A stretch of 64,000 bases of DNA from Clostridia bacterium (GTDB lineage Bacteria; Bacillota; Clostridia; Oscillospirales; CAG-272). Positions 55,205 to 63,379 of this stretch are shown in pieces. The notes beneath the pieces were generated by a model. The model saw only the letters and a list, made by a program, of their open reading frames with translations, was not told the origin of the DNA and searched no databases. Positions within the stretch are counted from its first letter, which is position 1, and every line of letters starts with the position of its first letter. The stretch lies in NCBI GenBank assembly GCA_017483305.1, contig JAFULC010000055.1, forward strand, positions 2,835-66,834. Direction: 5' to 3'. A program made the translations under genes and the position numbers.

Positions 55205-55311
55205 ATAGGATGTCATTGTGTAAAAGCGTAAAAATAGCCTACGTGCTGTTTCGGTTCGCAAGTGCGAGCTGTGACAAACGCTTCCGATTATTACTTAAGG
55301 AGGTGCAGCAA

Positions 55312-55446
55312 ATGCTCAGAACTTATCAACCCAAGAAGCGTCAGAGAAAAAAGGAGCATGGCTTCAGAAAGAGAATGAAGACCTCGGACGGCAGAGCCGT
55401 TTTGAAGAGACGCCGTGCAAAGGGCAGAAAGAGACTGACCCACTGA
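55312..55446 (+). CDS. rpmH: 50S ribosomal protein L34
   Basis: [44 protein letters not shown], with AAGGAGGTG upstream. The ORF-track start 55210 is rejected. Confidence 0.95.
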   Translation: MLRTYQPKKRQRKKEHGFRKRMKTSDGRAVLKRRRAKGRKRLTH

Positions 55447-55644
55447 TCTCATTGTTTAAAACAACTTGTTTTTGACAAATTGGCAAAATAAAAACCGCCG
55501 ATGACCGTTTCATTTCAAGATGATCTTGTATGTATGGGCATCGGGGTTTTTAGCGTTAAAGCAAAATCAAAAAATCGCCGAGCAAAATCGGCACAAAACT
55601 GACGGAAGCAACACACAAGCACAAGCCAAAAAAGAGGTAAGTCA

Positions 55645-56040
55645 ATGAAATTCCCTGCAATAAAAGAGCATCATCTTTACAATAAAGCGTATCGCTCGGG
55701 CAAGCATTTCTTCGGCAGATACGTCTGCGTGTACGTCTTAAAGGATCTTCACGCCAAAAGGCTCAGAAAGGAGCACCCTCAAAAGCTTCTCGTAAACCGA
55801 TTGGGACTTTCGGTCTCCAAGAAGGTCGGGGGAGCAGTGCGCCGTAACCGTGCAAAGCGCATCATAAGAGCCGCGTATGCCGCAAACAAGGATAGCTTGA
55901 AAAAGGGATTTTTAATAGTCATCAGCGCAAAGCCCGAGATAGTCGGCAAAAAGAGCGTTGATATAGCAAGGGAATTGAAATATGCATTTTCCAAGCTTGA
56001 AATGCTTGACGACAGCCTCAAGAAAACCGAACGAAAATGA
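55645..56040 (+). CDS. rnpA: ribonuclease P protein component
   Basis: Basic 131-aa protein with the RNR motif (AVRRNRAKRIIR). Confidence 0.9.
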   Translation: MKFPAIKEHHLYNKAYRSGKHFFGRYVCVYVLKDLHAKRLRKEHPQKLLVNRLGLSVSKKVGGAVRRNRAKRIIRAAYAANKDSLKKGFLIVISAKPEIVGKKSVDIARELKYAFSKLEMLDDSLKKTERK

Positions 56041-56393
56041 AATACGTCTGTATAGCACTCGTCCGCTTTTACCGTAAATTCCTGTCTCCACTTAAACGAA
56101 GACCGTGCTGTAGGTTCACACCTTCATGCTCAGCCTATGCTCTCGAAGCATTTCAGAAACGAGGCTTTTTTGTGGGATTTATCCTGACGGTCGGCCGCAT
56201 CGCAAGATGCCAGCCCTTGTGTCCGGGAGGATATGACCCCGTTCCGAAAACGGGATTCCGCAACGTAAAAATCGGTCGGAACAGAGAACACGTATATGAC
56301 AGCGGCTATATGGCAGAAAAAAACTTCGTGTTTTTTTACGATCTGCCCTACGAAGACCGCAAGGAGAAGTCCAAAAAAGAAAAAACAAATTGA
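56037..56393 (+). CDS. yidD: membrane protein insertion efficiency factor YidD with a C-terminal extension of about 40 aa
   Basis: FYRKFLSPLKRRPCCRFTPSCSAYALEAF...GGYDPVP. ATGA overlap with rnpA. Confidence 0.85.
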   Translation: MKYVCIALVRFYRKFLSPLKRRPCCRFTPSCSAYALEAFQKRGFFVGFILTVGRIARCQPLCPGGYDPVPKTGFRNVKIGRNREHVYDSGYMAEKNFVFFYDLPYEDRKEKSKKEKTN

Positions 56394-56408
56394 GAGGACT
56401 AATTCGTA

Positions 56409-57809
56409 ATGAATAAGAAAAAAACAATCGCTAAAATTTTGCCCAAGATAGCGTTACTTCTGGCAATGGTGACGATCCTGGCAGTCGTGCTTTCGGGATG
56501 CGGAAGCCAGACTGTCATCAACACCACGACCCCCGAGAAGGGTTGGGCAGATACCGAGGTCAACCTCACCGCAGACTCCGGCTTTCTCAACAAGATCCTT
56601 TCCTGGATCGGTATATTCCTCGGCTGGATAACCCGCGTAATGCCCGCAAACAGCTACGTTCTTACGCTGTTTATCTTCGCTATCATTATGGAGCTCATTC
56701 TTCTGCCCTTCTCTATCAATCAGCAGAAGAACACCATCAAGCAGTCGATGCTTCGTCCCAAGGAAATGGCTATCCGCAAAAAGTATGCGGGCAGAAACGA
56801 CCAGGCGACCCAGCAGAAGATGTCTCAAGAGGTTCAGGAGCTTTACCAGAAGGAAAATTACAACCCCATGTCGGGTTGTCTGCCCCTTCTTATCCAGCTC
56901 CCGATCATCATGATCCTTTACTGGTTGGTAATCGACCCTATCCTCTATATGTTCAACGGCTCTGCGGAGTTCAAGAACGTTCTGTACGCGTATATCACCA
57001 CCGCGGCAGACAACGGCGGTCTTGGTATGAAGCTCAGCTCCACCAACGGCTCTATCGAAATACTCAGTAAGATCAACGAGCTCGGAATCGAAGCGTTCGA
57101 GGGAATAAAGACCTTCTGCGCAAACGGCGAAGCAGTATTTGCTCAGATCGAGGACATCGCCACTCAATCGCTCAACTTCAACATCGGACCCGTAAATCTC
57201 GGAATCACACCCAGCTTTAATCCTGCCGACAAGGTACAGTATTGGCTGCTGGTGATCCCTGTTCTTACCTTCGTTTCCTACTTCTTCAGCATGAAGATCT
57301 CGAGAAAGCTGTCCTATCAGCCTGGTCAGGACTCGGGCGACAAGCAGATGGCTTGCTCAAATAAGATGATGGATTTCACAATGCCCGCAATGAGCGTGTG
57401 GATGACCTTCATCGTGCCCGGTGCGGTTGGTATCTACTGGATATTCAAGAGCGTGCTCGGCGTTGTAAAGCAGGTTATCATGAGCAAGGCTATGCCTCTG
57501 CCCAAGTTCACCGAGGAGGACTACAAGGCGGCTGAAAGAGAGCTTCTCGGCAAGCAGCCCAAGAAGGTCCAGAAATCCGAGAACGTAGGAAAGGTCCGCT
57601 CGCTCCACCACATCGACGATGAGGATTACGACGAGCACGGCAACTACGTTCCCAAGGTTGAGGAAACTCCCGAGGAGACCGTAGAGGAACAGACGACCAA
57701 GCTTCCCGAAAACAGCATGACCGAAGGCGCGTCCTTAAAGGACGATTCCGACAAGGCAGAAACCAAAAAGAAATCCTCCCTGTTCGGCAAAAAAGATAAA
57801 AAAGACTGA
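56409..57809 (+). CDS. yidC: membrane insertase YidC/SpoIIIJ family, lipoprotein form with a long charged C-terminal tail
   Basis: Lipobox LSGC, a 60-kDa insertase core (NPMSGCLPLLIQLPI), and about 100 aa of acidic then basic tail. Confidence 0.9.
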   Translation: MNKKKTIAKILPKIALLLAMVTILAVVLSGCGSQTVINTTTPEKGWADTEVNLTADSGFLNKILSWIGIFLGWITRVMPANSYVLTLFIFAIIMELILLPFSINQQKNTIKQSMLRPKEMAIRKKYAGRNDQATQQKMSQEVQELYQKENYNPMSGCLPLLIQLPIIMILYWLVIDPILYMFNGSAEFKNVLYAYITTAADNGGLGMKLSSTNGSIEILSKINELGIEAFEGIKTFCANGEAVFAQIEDIATQSLNFNIGPVNLGITPSFNPADKVQYWLLVIPVLTFVSYFFSMKISRKLSYQPGQDSGDKQMACSNKMMDFTMPAMSVWMTFIVPGAVGIYWIFKSVLGVVKQVIMSKAMPLPKFTEEDYKAAERELLGKQPKKVQKSENVGKVRSLHHIDDEDYDEHGNYVPKVEETPEETVEEQTTKLPENSMTEGASLKDDSDKAETKKKSSLFGKKDKKD

Positions 57810-57835
57810 CACTAATCAAAAACGGAGACATTAAC

Positions 57836-58486
57836 GTGAATAAAGAAATTATTACAACAGGAAAAACCATCGACGACGCCGTCGCGGCAGCTGTTGCCGA
57901 GCTTGGCGTTCCGTCCAGAGAAAATATTGAATACACCGTACTTGAGGAGCCCAAGAAGGGACTTTTCGGAATCGGAGCAGCTCCCGCAAAGATCTCCGCG
58001 AAGGCAGTATTCAAGGGTGAGCTCTTCGCTCTCAACTTCATCAACCAGCTCGTTAAGGATATGAACCTTGACGTAACCGTTGAAATGAAGGACGTAGAGG
58101 GCTCCGACAAGGACTGCAAGCTTATCGACATCACCGGCGAGGGCGCAGGCGCACTCATCGGTCACCACGGTGACACGCTTGACAGCATCCAGTATCTTGC
58201 AAACCTTGCGGCAAACAAGAGAGTTAACGGAGTAAAGCCCGACTACGTAAAGATCACCGTAGACGCAGAGAACTACCGCGCGAAGAGAGAGAACACCCTT
58301 CGCGAGCTTGCAAGAAGAATGGCAGATAAGGTTCTTAAGCAGAAGAGAAGCGTTATGCTCGAGCCTATGAATCCTTACGAGAGAAGAATCATCCACTCCG
58401 AGATCCAGAACATCGAGGGTGTTTCGACCAACTCCATCGGTTCCGAGAACAACCGCAAGATCGTTATCTATCTCGAAGAAAAGTAA
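57836..58486 (+). CDS. jag: Jag/KhpB RNA-binding protein (Jag_N, KH, R3H)
   Basis: GTG start with GGAG upstream. R3H region ERRIIHSEIQ. Conserved position after yidC. Confidence 0.9.
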   Translation: MNKEIITTGKTIDDAVAAAVAELGVPSRENIEYTVLEEPKKGLFGIGAAPAKISAKAVFKGELFALNFINQLVKDMNLDVTVEMKDVEGSDKDCKLIDITGEGAGALIGHHGDTLDSIQYLANLAANKRVNGVKPDYVKITVDAENYRAKRENTLRELARRMADKVLKQKRSVMLEPMNPYERRIIHSEIQNIEGVSTNSIGSENNRKIVIYLEEK

Positions 58487-58496
58487 TTTAAAGCAC

Positions 58497-58531
58497 AAAA
58501 AAACGGAGTCCGCAAGGGACTCCGTTTTTTC
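58497..58531. terminator. bidirectional terminator
   Basis: aaaaaaacggagtcc-gcaag-ggactccgtttttt. Confidence 0.85.
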
Positions 58532-58541
58532 TTATGTTCAA

Positions 58542-59516
58542 TTAGATCTTGGTAAGAGAAGCAAGTGTTCTCTCGACAAGAGTGATGGTAGCCTTCGCGC
58601 TCTCATCAGTAACCAGGCTGTTAGGCTCGCCGCTTCTGATGCAATCGATAAAGTACTTGATCTCGCCGGCGTAGCCGTCTACGTTGGAAATGTTGATGCC
58701 GGTCTCGCCAATAGACTCAACAGCATCGAAATCAACGGGAGCGTTGCAATCAAGAAGCTTGCCGTCTGCACCGAGACGTACGTTTCCGTTCTCGAAAACA
58801 GCCTTGAAGGTTGCCATAAAGGGAAGCTTTTCGTCGTTATACCATCCGCCTTCGATAGCAACGACAAAACCGTCGTAGATATAGTTTGCAAAGGCATAGT
58901 TTGAAAGGTTGCCCTGCATGGGGTGGTAAACACCGGTGATAGCCTTGGGCTCACCGAACACGGACTGCATATAATCAACGTCATGGATCATCATATCCAG
59001 AGCAACGTGACCGCTTCTCTTTTCGTCGAGGAACCAGTTGTCCCAGCTCCAACGGGGTGTGGGGCTGACTCTCTTCATATGGAGGCTTTCAAGCTTGCCG
59101 TACTTTCCGCTCTCAATAACTCCGCGGAGATATTTGTATGCGTTCATAAAGCGAACGACCTGCGCGGTCATATATCTCTTGCCGGTGCGCTTGATAGCCG
59201 CAAGCAGGGTCTCACAATCCTCGGTCTTGAGCGCCATGGGCTTCTCGGAAAGAACGTGGCAACCGAATTCCATAGCCTTGATAGCCTGCTCAACGTGCAT
59301 ATAGGTGGGAGTGCAGAGGTCGACCAGATCGGGCTTCTCTGCCGCAAGCATCTCGTCCATATCTGCGTAAAGACGGATGGGATAGTCGCCAACCTTTTCC
59401 TTGAGCATATCCATACGGATATCACAAGCCGCAACGAATTCAATATCTGTCATATTTCTGTATACGCTGAAGTGAACGCTGCCCATTCCTCCAACGCCGA
59501 CTAATGCTACTTTCAT
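58542..59516 (-). CDS. Gfo/Idh/MocA family NAD(P)-dependent oxidoreductase
   Basis: MKVALVGVGGMGSVH Rossmann start at ATG 59516, with GGAG 6 nt upstream. EKPMA motif. 324 aa. Confidence 0.85.
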   Translation of the reverse strand: MKVALVGVGGMGSVHFSVYRNMTDIEFVAACDIRMDMLKEKVGDYPIRLYADMDEMLAAEKPDLVDLCTPTYMHVEQAIKAMEFGCHVLSEKPMALKTEDCETLLAAIKRTGKRYMTAQVVRFMNAYKYLRGVIESGKYGKLESLHMKRVSPTPRWSWDNWFLDEKRSGHVALDMMIHDVDYMQSVFGEPKAITGVYHPMQGNLSNYAFANYIYDGFVVAIEGGWYNDEKLPFMATFKAVFENGNVRLGADGKLLDCNAPVDFDAVESIGETGINISNVDGYAGEIKYFIDCIRSGEPNSLVTDESAKATITLVERTLASLTKI

Positions 59517-59645
59517 TTTAATCTCCATTCCGCCGCCAACGGCGGCACAAATAATAATCTATGAAATTTGCCATCGGCAAAATTCATGCTTGAAACAGTT
59601 TACTTCATGTTTGGGCGGAAGCAGCTTTCACGCTGTCCTCCTGAA
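59517..59645 (-). promoter_or_regulatory. conserved structured 5' leader element, copy 2
   Basis: Aligns with 8688-8815. Contains a 12-bp hairpin atgaattttgcc/ggcaaatttcat and a GC hairpin gccgcc-gtt-ggcggc directly before GGAATGGAG. Confidence 0.5.
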
Positions 59646-59650
59646 AAAAA

Positions 59651-60463
59651 TCAGATCAGCTTCTCAAGGTAAGCCTTGGTTTCGATAATGTCCTTAAGCT
59701 GCTGCTCACCCGAGATCTCACGCTCGATGGTAAGCGAGCCGTCGTAACCGACCTCCTTAAGCTTAGCAACGAATACGGGGAAGTTTACCTTGCCCTCTCC
59801 AACCTTTACCTCGCGACCAAGCTCCATACCGTTTGTGGGATAGAAGCCGTCCTTCGCGTGGATACCGCGAACGTATTTGCCGATAACATCAAGCGCGTCT
59901 ACGGGATTTGCCTTTCCGTAAAGGATAAGGTTAGCGGAGTCAAGGTTAATACCGATATTTCCGGTTCCGCACGCCTCGATAAAGCGAAGCAGAGTGGTGG
60001 GGGTTTCCTGTCCCGACTCAAGCAGGAAGTACTGACCCTGATCCTTCATATACTGAGCGAGCCCGCGCATCGTCTCAAGGATCTCGGGATAAGTAGGATC
60101 CGTGGGGCACTCGGGGAGGAAGCCTGCGTGAGTTATAACGTCGGTAACGCCGATCTTCTTTGCGAAGTCAGCACCTTTTTTAAGCTGTGCAACGCGCATC
60201 TCTCTGTACTCGCGGGGAACGATTCCGAGCGTGATAGGACCCTCGGTGAAGTTCCAAGCGGAAGGACCGCTCCAGCCGACCCAGTGTGCTGTGATAGTGA
60301 TACCGTATTCCTTTGCGGCAGCATTTACAAGCTCCGCCATTTCGTCAGTATGAAGAGACTCGTCCCAGTTTGTCATCTGGCAGTTGTCGAATCCCATATC
60401 TCTCATTTTCTTGAATTTCTCTCTCATGTCGGGCGCGAGAAAAGTTTGTACGCCTATTTTCAT
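59651..60463 (-). CDS. sugar phosphate isomerase/epimerase (xylose isomerase-like TIM barrel)
   Basis: 270 aa from ATG 60463 (MKIGVQTF) with GGAAGGA upstream. Metal-ligand pattern ...THAGF...LESGQE...NLDSANL... typical of AP-endonuclease-2/TIM family proteins. Confidence 0.8.
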   Translation of the reverse strand: MKIGVQTFLAPDMREKFKKMRDMGFDNCQMTNWDESLHTDEMAELVNAAAKEYGITITAHWVGWSGPSAWNFTEGPITLGIVPREYREMRVAQLKKGADFAKKIGVTDVITHAGFLPECPTDPTYPEILETMRGLAQYMKDQGQYFLLESGQETPTTLLRFIEACGTGNIGINLDSANLILYGKANPVDALDVIGKYVRGIHAKDGFYPTNGMELGREVKVGEGKVNFPVFVAKLKEVGYDGSLTIEREISGEQQLKDIIETKAYLEKLI

Positions 60464-60605
60464 AAAAAAGTCCTTCCTTTCTCTTGACTTGTTGGTAATT
60501 TTATTATATAATAAAAATCGGACGGAGTCAATAAGATTTTTAATTTTTATATAGCACAAAATTAATTTTATTCAAAAAACAGGCCAAAAAAGAAGGAGGA
60601 CATCT

Positions 60606-61424
60606 ATGAACGACATAAGTTTGTATGAAAAGATACCCCTGCAACAGTATCCTATACGAATTCACGTGCGCAAGGAATACAAGGTCGATTTTCCTCCGCA
60701 CTGGCACGAGCACACCGAAATTCATTATATTTTCAGGGGCTCCTGCAATATTAAATGCGGCGAGGAGGAGATCAATCTTTCCGCCGACGATTGCGCCATC
60801 ATAAACACCAACGAGCTTCACGAGGGCGCGGGCGGTCTTTGCGATTCCATCTGCATAATACTGCCTCCGAACTTCGTCGAGCAGAATCACATAATCTTCA
60901 AAAGGATCGTAAAGGACGAATACGTATCCGAGATGGTGCACAACATATACGAAAGATACTGCACCGGCTCACCTATCGATCTTCTCGAAATAAAAGGATA
61001 TTCCTACCTTCTCATATCACATCTGATCAAGAAGTATGCCGTTCGCTCGCTCAACGACACCGTTTATTCAAAGTACTTCAATAAGCTGAACAAGGTCAAC
61101 GACGCCATTCGCTTCATCAGTGAGAACTACGACAAGCCGCTTACGACCAAGGCCCTTGCCGAAAAGGTGCATCTGAGCGAGGGTTATTTCTGCCAGGTCT
61201 TCAAGGAGGTAACAGGCAAGACCGCCGTAGAGTATATAAACAATCTGAGAATCGACAAGGCAGAGAAGATGCTTGTTACAACCGACGTGTCAATCGCAGA
61301 GGTAGCCTTCTGCTGTGGCTTTGACGATGCGAATTATTTTTCCAGAACGTATAAAAAGATCAAAGGAGAAACTCCCCACTCGACAAGATCTGCGGGTGGT
61401 CAGACTAAAAATGAGATCAGTTAA
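60606..61424 (+). CDS. AraC-family transcriptional regulator (cupin sensor plus HTH)
   Basis: N-terminal cupin (HWHEHTEIHYI). C-terminal AraC HTH pair (LAEKVHLSEGYFCQVFK, IAEVAFCCGFDDANYFSRTYKK). Divergent from the sugar operon. Confidence 0.9.
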   Translation: MNDISLYEKIPLQQYPIRIHVRKEYKVDFPPHWHEHTEIHYIFRGSCNIKCGEEEINLSADDCAIINTNELHEGAGGLCDSICIILPPNFVEQNHIIFKRIVKDEYVSEMVHNIYERYCTGSPIDLLEIKGYSYLLISHLIKKYAVRSLNDTVYSKYFNKLNKVNDAIRFISENYDKPLTTKALAEKVHLSEGYFCQVFKEVTGKTAVEYINNLRIDKAEKMLVTTDVSIAEVAFCCGFDDANYFSRTYKKIKGETPHSTRSAGGQTKNEIS

Positions 61425-62619
61425 AAACATCTACAAAATAGGGATCGGACCGTCAAGCTCTCATACTATGGGTCCCGCGTTCGCGGCAAAAAGATTTATC
61501 GAGCAGTTTCCCGAAGCGGATTTTGTCAAGGTAACGCTCTTTGGATCCTTGTCAAAAACGGGAAGGGGACACGGAACCGACCGCGCCATAATCGAGGCAC
61601 TTTCTCCCATACAAGCTGAGATAATATTCAACACCGACGACAACATCGTCCTCGAGCACCCCAACACCATGCTTGTCGAGGGCTATAAGGACGAAAAAAA
61701 GCTCGGTGAGACCACCTTTTTGTCGATCGGCGGTGGAGAGATCCGCGTAAAAGGCGAGATAGCAGAGAGCGAGAGCAAGGAGCTTTACGCCGAAAACAGC
61801 CTTTCCGAGATCGCCTCGATCTGTAAAGAGAGAAATATCAGACTTTCCGACTACGTATTCGAGCACGAAGCTCCCGATTTCCGCGACTTTCTCGGTCACG
61901 TCTGGCATACTATGCAGGCGGCGATAAGAGACGGACTTTCTCACACGGGAACGCTTCCCGGAGGTCTCGGAGTCAAAAGAAAGGCGCAAAAGCTCTATAA
62001 TCAAAGGCATATCGACGAAAGCCCGCAGACAAGAGAGAACAGACTCGTCTGCGCCTACGCCTTTGCCGTAAGCGAGCAAAATGCGGACTGCGGCATCATA
62101 GTTACCGCGCCCACCTGCGGCTCCTGCGGCGTTTTGCCCGCGGTGCTCAAATATATGCAGGAAAAGAACTCTTTTTCGGACAACGACGTCATCAGAGCGC
62201 TCGCAGTCGCGGGTCTTATCGGTCAGATAGTCTCGACCAACGCGTCGATAAGCGGTGCGGAATGCGGCTGTCAGGCAGAGATCGGCACGGCGTGCTCTAT
62301 GGCGGCGGCAGCACTTGCCGAGCTGTTTGAAATGGGTATAGATCAGATCGAATATGCCGCGGAGATCTCTCTCGAGCATCACCTCGGTCTCACCTGCGAC
62401 CCTGTGTGCGGTCTCGTGCAGATACCCTGCATCGAAAGAAATGCGGTCGCGGCGATGAGAGCTATAAACGCGCTCAGCCTTGCAAACTTTTTGTCGGATA
62501 GCAGAAAAATATCCTTCGACCTCGTGGTTGAAACGATGTATCAGACGGGAATAGACCTCTCGCATATTTACCGCGAAACAGGAGAGGGCGGACTTGCAAA
62601 GCTTTACCGTCACAAATAA
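61411..62619 (+). CDS. sdaA: L-serine ammonia-lyase, iron-sulfur dependent, single-chain form
   Basis: IGIGPSSSHTMGP and the Cys cluster region TAPTCGSCG...ECGCQAE. Start ATG 61411 overlaps the AraC gene by 14 nt. Confidence 0.85.
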   Translation: MRSVKNIYKIGIGPSSSHTMGPAFAAKRFIEQFPEADFVKVTLFGSLSKTGRGHGTDRAIIEALSPIQAEIIFNTDDNIVLEHPNTMLVEGYKDEKKLGETTFLSIGGGEIRVKGEIAESESKELYAENSLSEIASICKERNIRLSDYVFEHEAPDFRDFLGHVWHTMQAAIRDGLSHTGTLPGGLGVKRKAQKLYNQRHIDESPQTRENRLVCAYAFAVSEQNADCGIIVTAPTCGSCGVLPAVLKYMQEKNSFSDNDVIRALAVAGLIGQIVSTNASISGAECGCQAEIGTACSMAAAALAELFEMGIDQIEYAAEISLEHHLGLTCDPVCGLVQIPCIERNAVAAMRAINALSLANFLSDSRKISFDLVVETMYQTGIDLSHIYRETGEGGLAKLYRHK

Positions 62620-62632
62620 CAAAAAAAGCCCA

Positions 62633-62658
62633 ATACGGTCGGATTACTCCGGCCGTAT
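62633..62658. terminator. hairpin between sdaA and the convergent MarR gene
   Basis: atacggtcgg-attact-ccggccgtat, a 10-bp stem with weak U-tracts. Confidence 0.4.
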
Positions 62659-62732
62659 CAGACTTTAAGAGGAGATATGGCAGATGCTTTTGCATCTGCC
62701 TTTTTCGTCTTTACAGACGAATTTATCGGTAG

Positions 62733-63206
62733 TTATTCCTGCTTTCTGCAGGCTCTGTCGGGAATACCGTCGCGGCTGATGCGCCTTAAATTTGTCTCGA
62801 TTATTGCAAGCGAGCCGTACATTATTCCTCTTTCCTCTTCGCCGAGGTTTCCGCCCGCAAGAGCGACCGCGCGGGTAGCCTTTTCACAGACGTATTCTGC
62901 CGCCTTGACTCCCTCGTCAGTGAGAACGAGCCTTGCCCTGTAAAGATTATCCTTGTCCGTCCTTCTGACGAGCAGACCCTTGTCCTCCATCTCTGCAACT
63001 ATGCGCGAGATCGCCGCCTTGTCCTTGTCGCAGATCTCGCTGAGCTTCGAGGAGGTGATCCCCTCGGGAAAACGGCTCATTATTACCAGATATTGAGCGT
63101 ATGCGCCGCGCAGACCGTATTTTTCCATCACGTCGCGCTCTATTTTCGTTATGTACTTGTATATGTTATGTATTGAATAAGAAAATTGTTCAAATCTGTC
63201 AAGCAT
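62733..63206 (-). CDS. MarR-family transcriptional regulator
   Basis: 157 aa from ATG 63206 with GGGAGA upstream. Winged helix SSKLSEICDKDKAAISRIVAEMEDKGLLVR. Confidence 0.85.
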   Translation of the reverse strand: MLDRFEQFSYSIHNIYKYITKIERDVMEKYGLRGAYAQYLVIMSRFPEGITSSKLSEICDKDKAAISRIVAEMEDKGLLVRRTDKDNLYRARLVLTDEGVKAAEYVCEKATRAVALAGGNLGEEERGIMYGSLAIIETNLRRISRDGIPDRACRKQE

Positions 63207-63241
63207 GGCTTGTCTCCCTTCAAATCCATCAAAAGTTGACC

Positions 63242-63265
63242 GAGTTGTTGCCAAATCAACAACTC
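63242..63265. promoter_or_regulatory. perfect 9-bp inverted repeat, candidate MarR operator
   Basis: gagttgttg-ccaaat-caacaactc, located between the -10 box and the MarR start codon. Confidence 0.5.
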
Positions 63266-63273
63266 ACCTCTGT

Positions 63274-63302
63274 ATTATACACCAAAAAATCCCTTTTGTC
63301 AA
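63274..63302 (-). promoter_or_regulatory. SigA-type promoter of the MarR gene
   Basis: Minus strand TTGACA (63302-63297), 17 nt, TATAAT (63279-63274). Confidence 0.65.
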
Positions 63303-63325
63303 CAGATTTTGGCAAAAAACAACCC

Positions 63326-63377
63326 AAAAAGAGCTTTTTGTCAAGGGTGTTTTCCCCCACAAAAAGCTCTTTTTTTC
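63326..63377 (-). terminator. terminator of the Sel1-repeat gene
   Basis: aaaaagagctttttgt / acaaaaagctcttttt, a 16-bp stem with a 17-nt loop and a U-run on the minus strand. Confidence 0.7.
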
Positions 63378-63379
63378 AA

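Noticed and set aside
59529-59603. 24-codon upstream ORF in leader copy 2 (ATGAATTTTGCC...TTAAAATGA) ending in an ATGA overlap with the oxidoreductase start
   Set aside because: In leader copy 1 the homologous sequence is in a different frame relative to the main gene, because the hairpin loop differs by one nt. The peptide is therefore not conserved, and the conservation is at the nucleotide/structure level.
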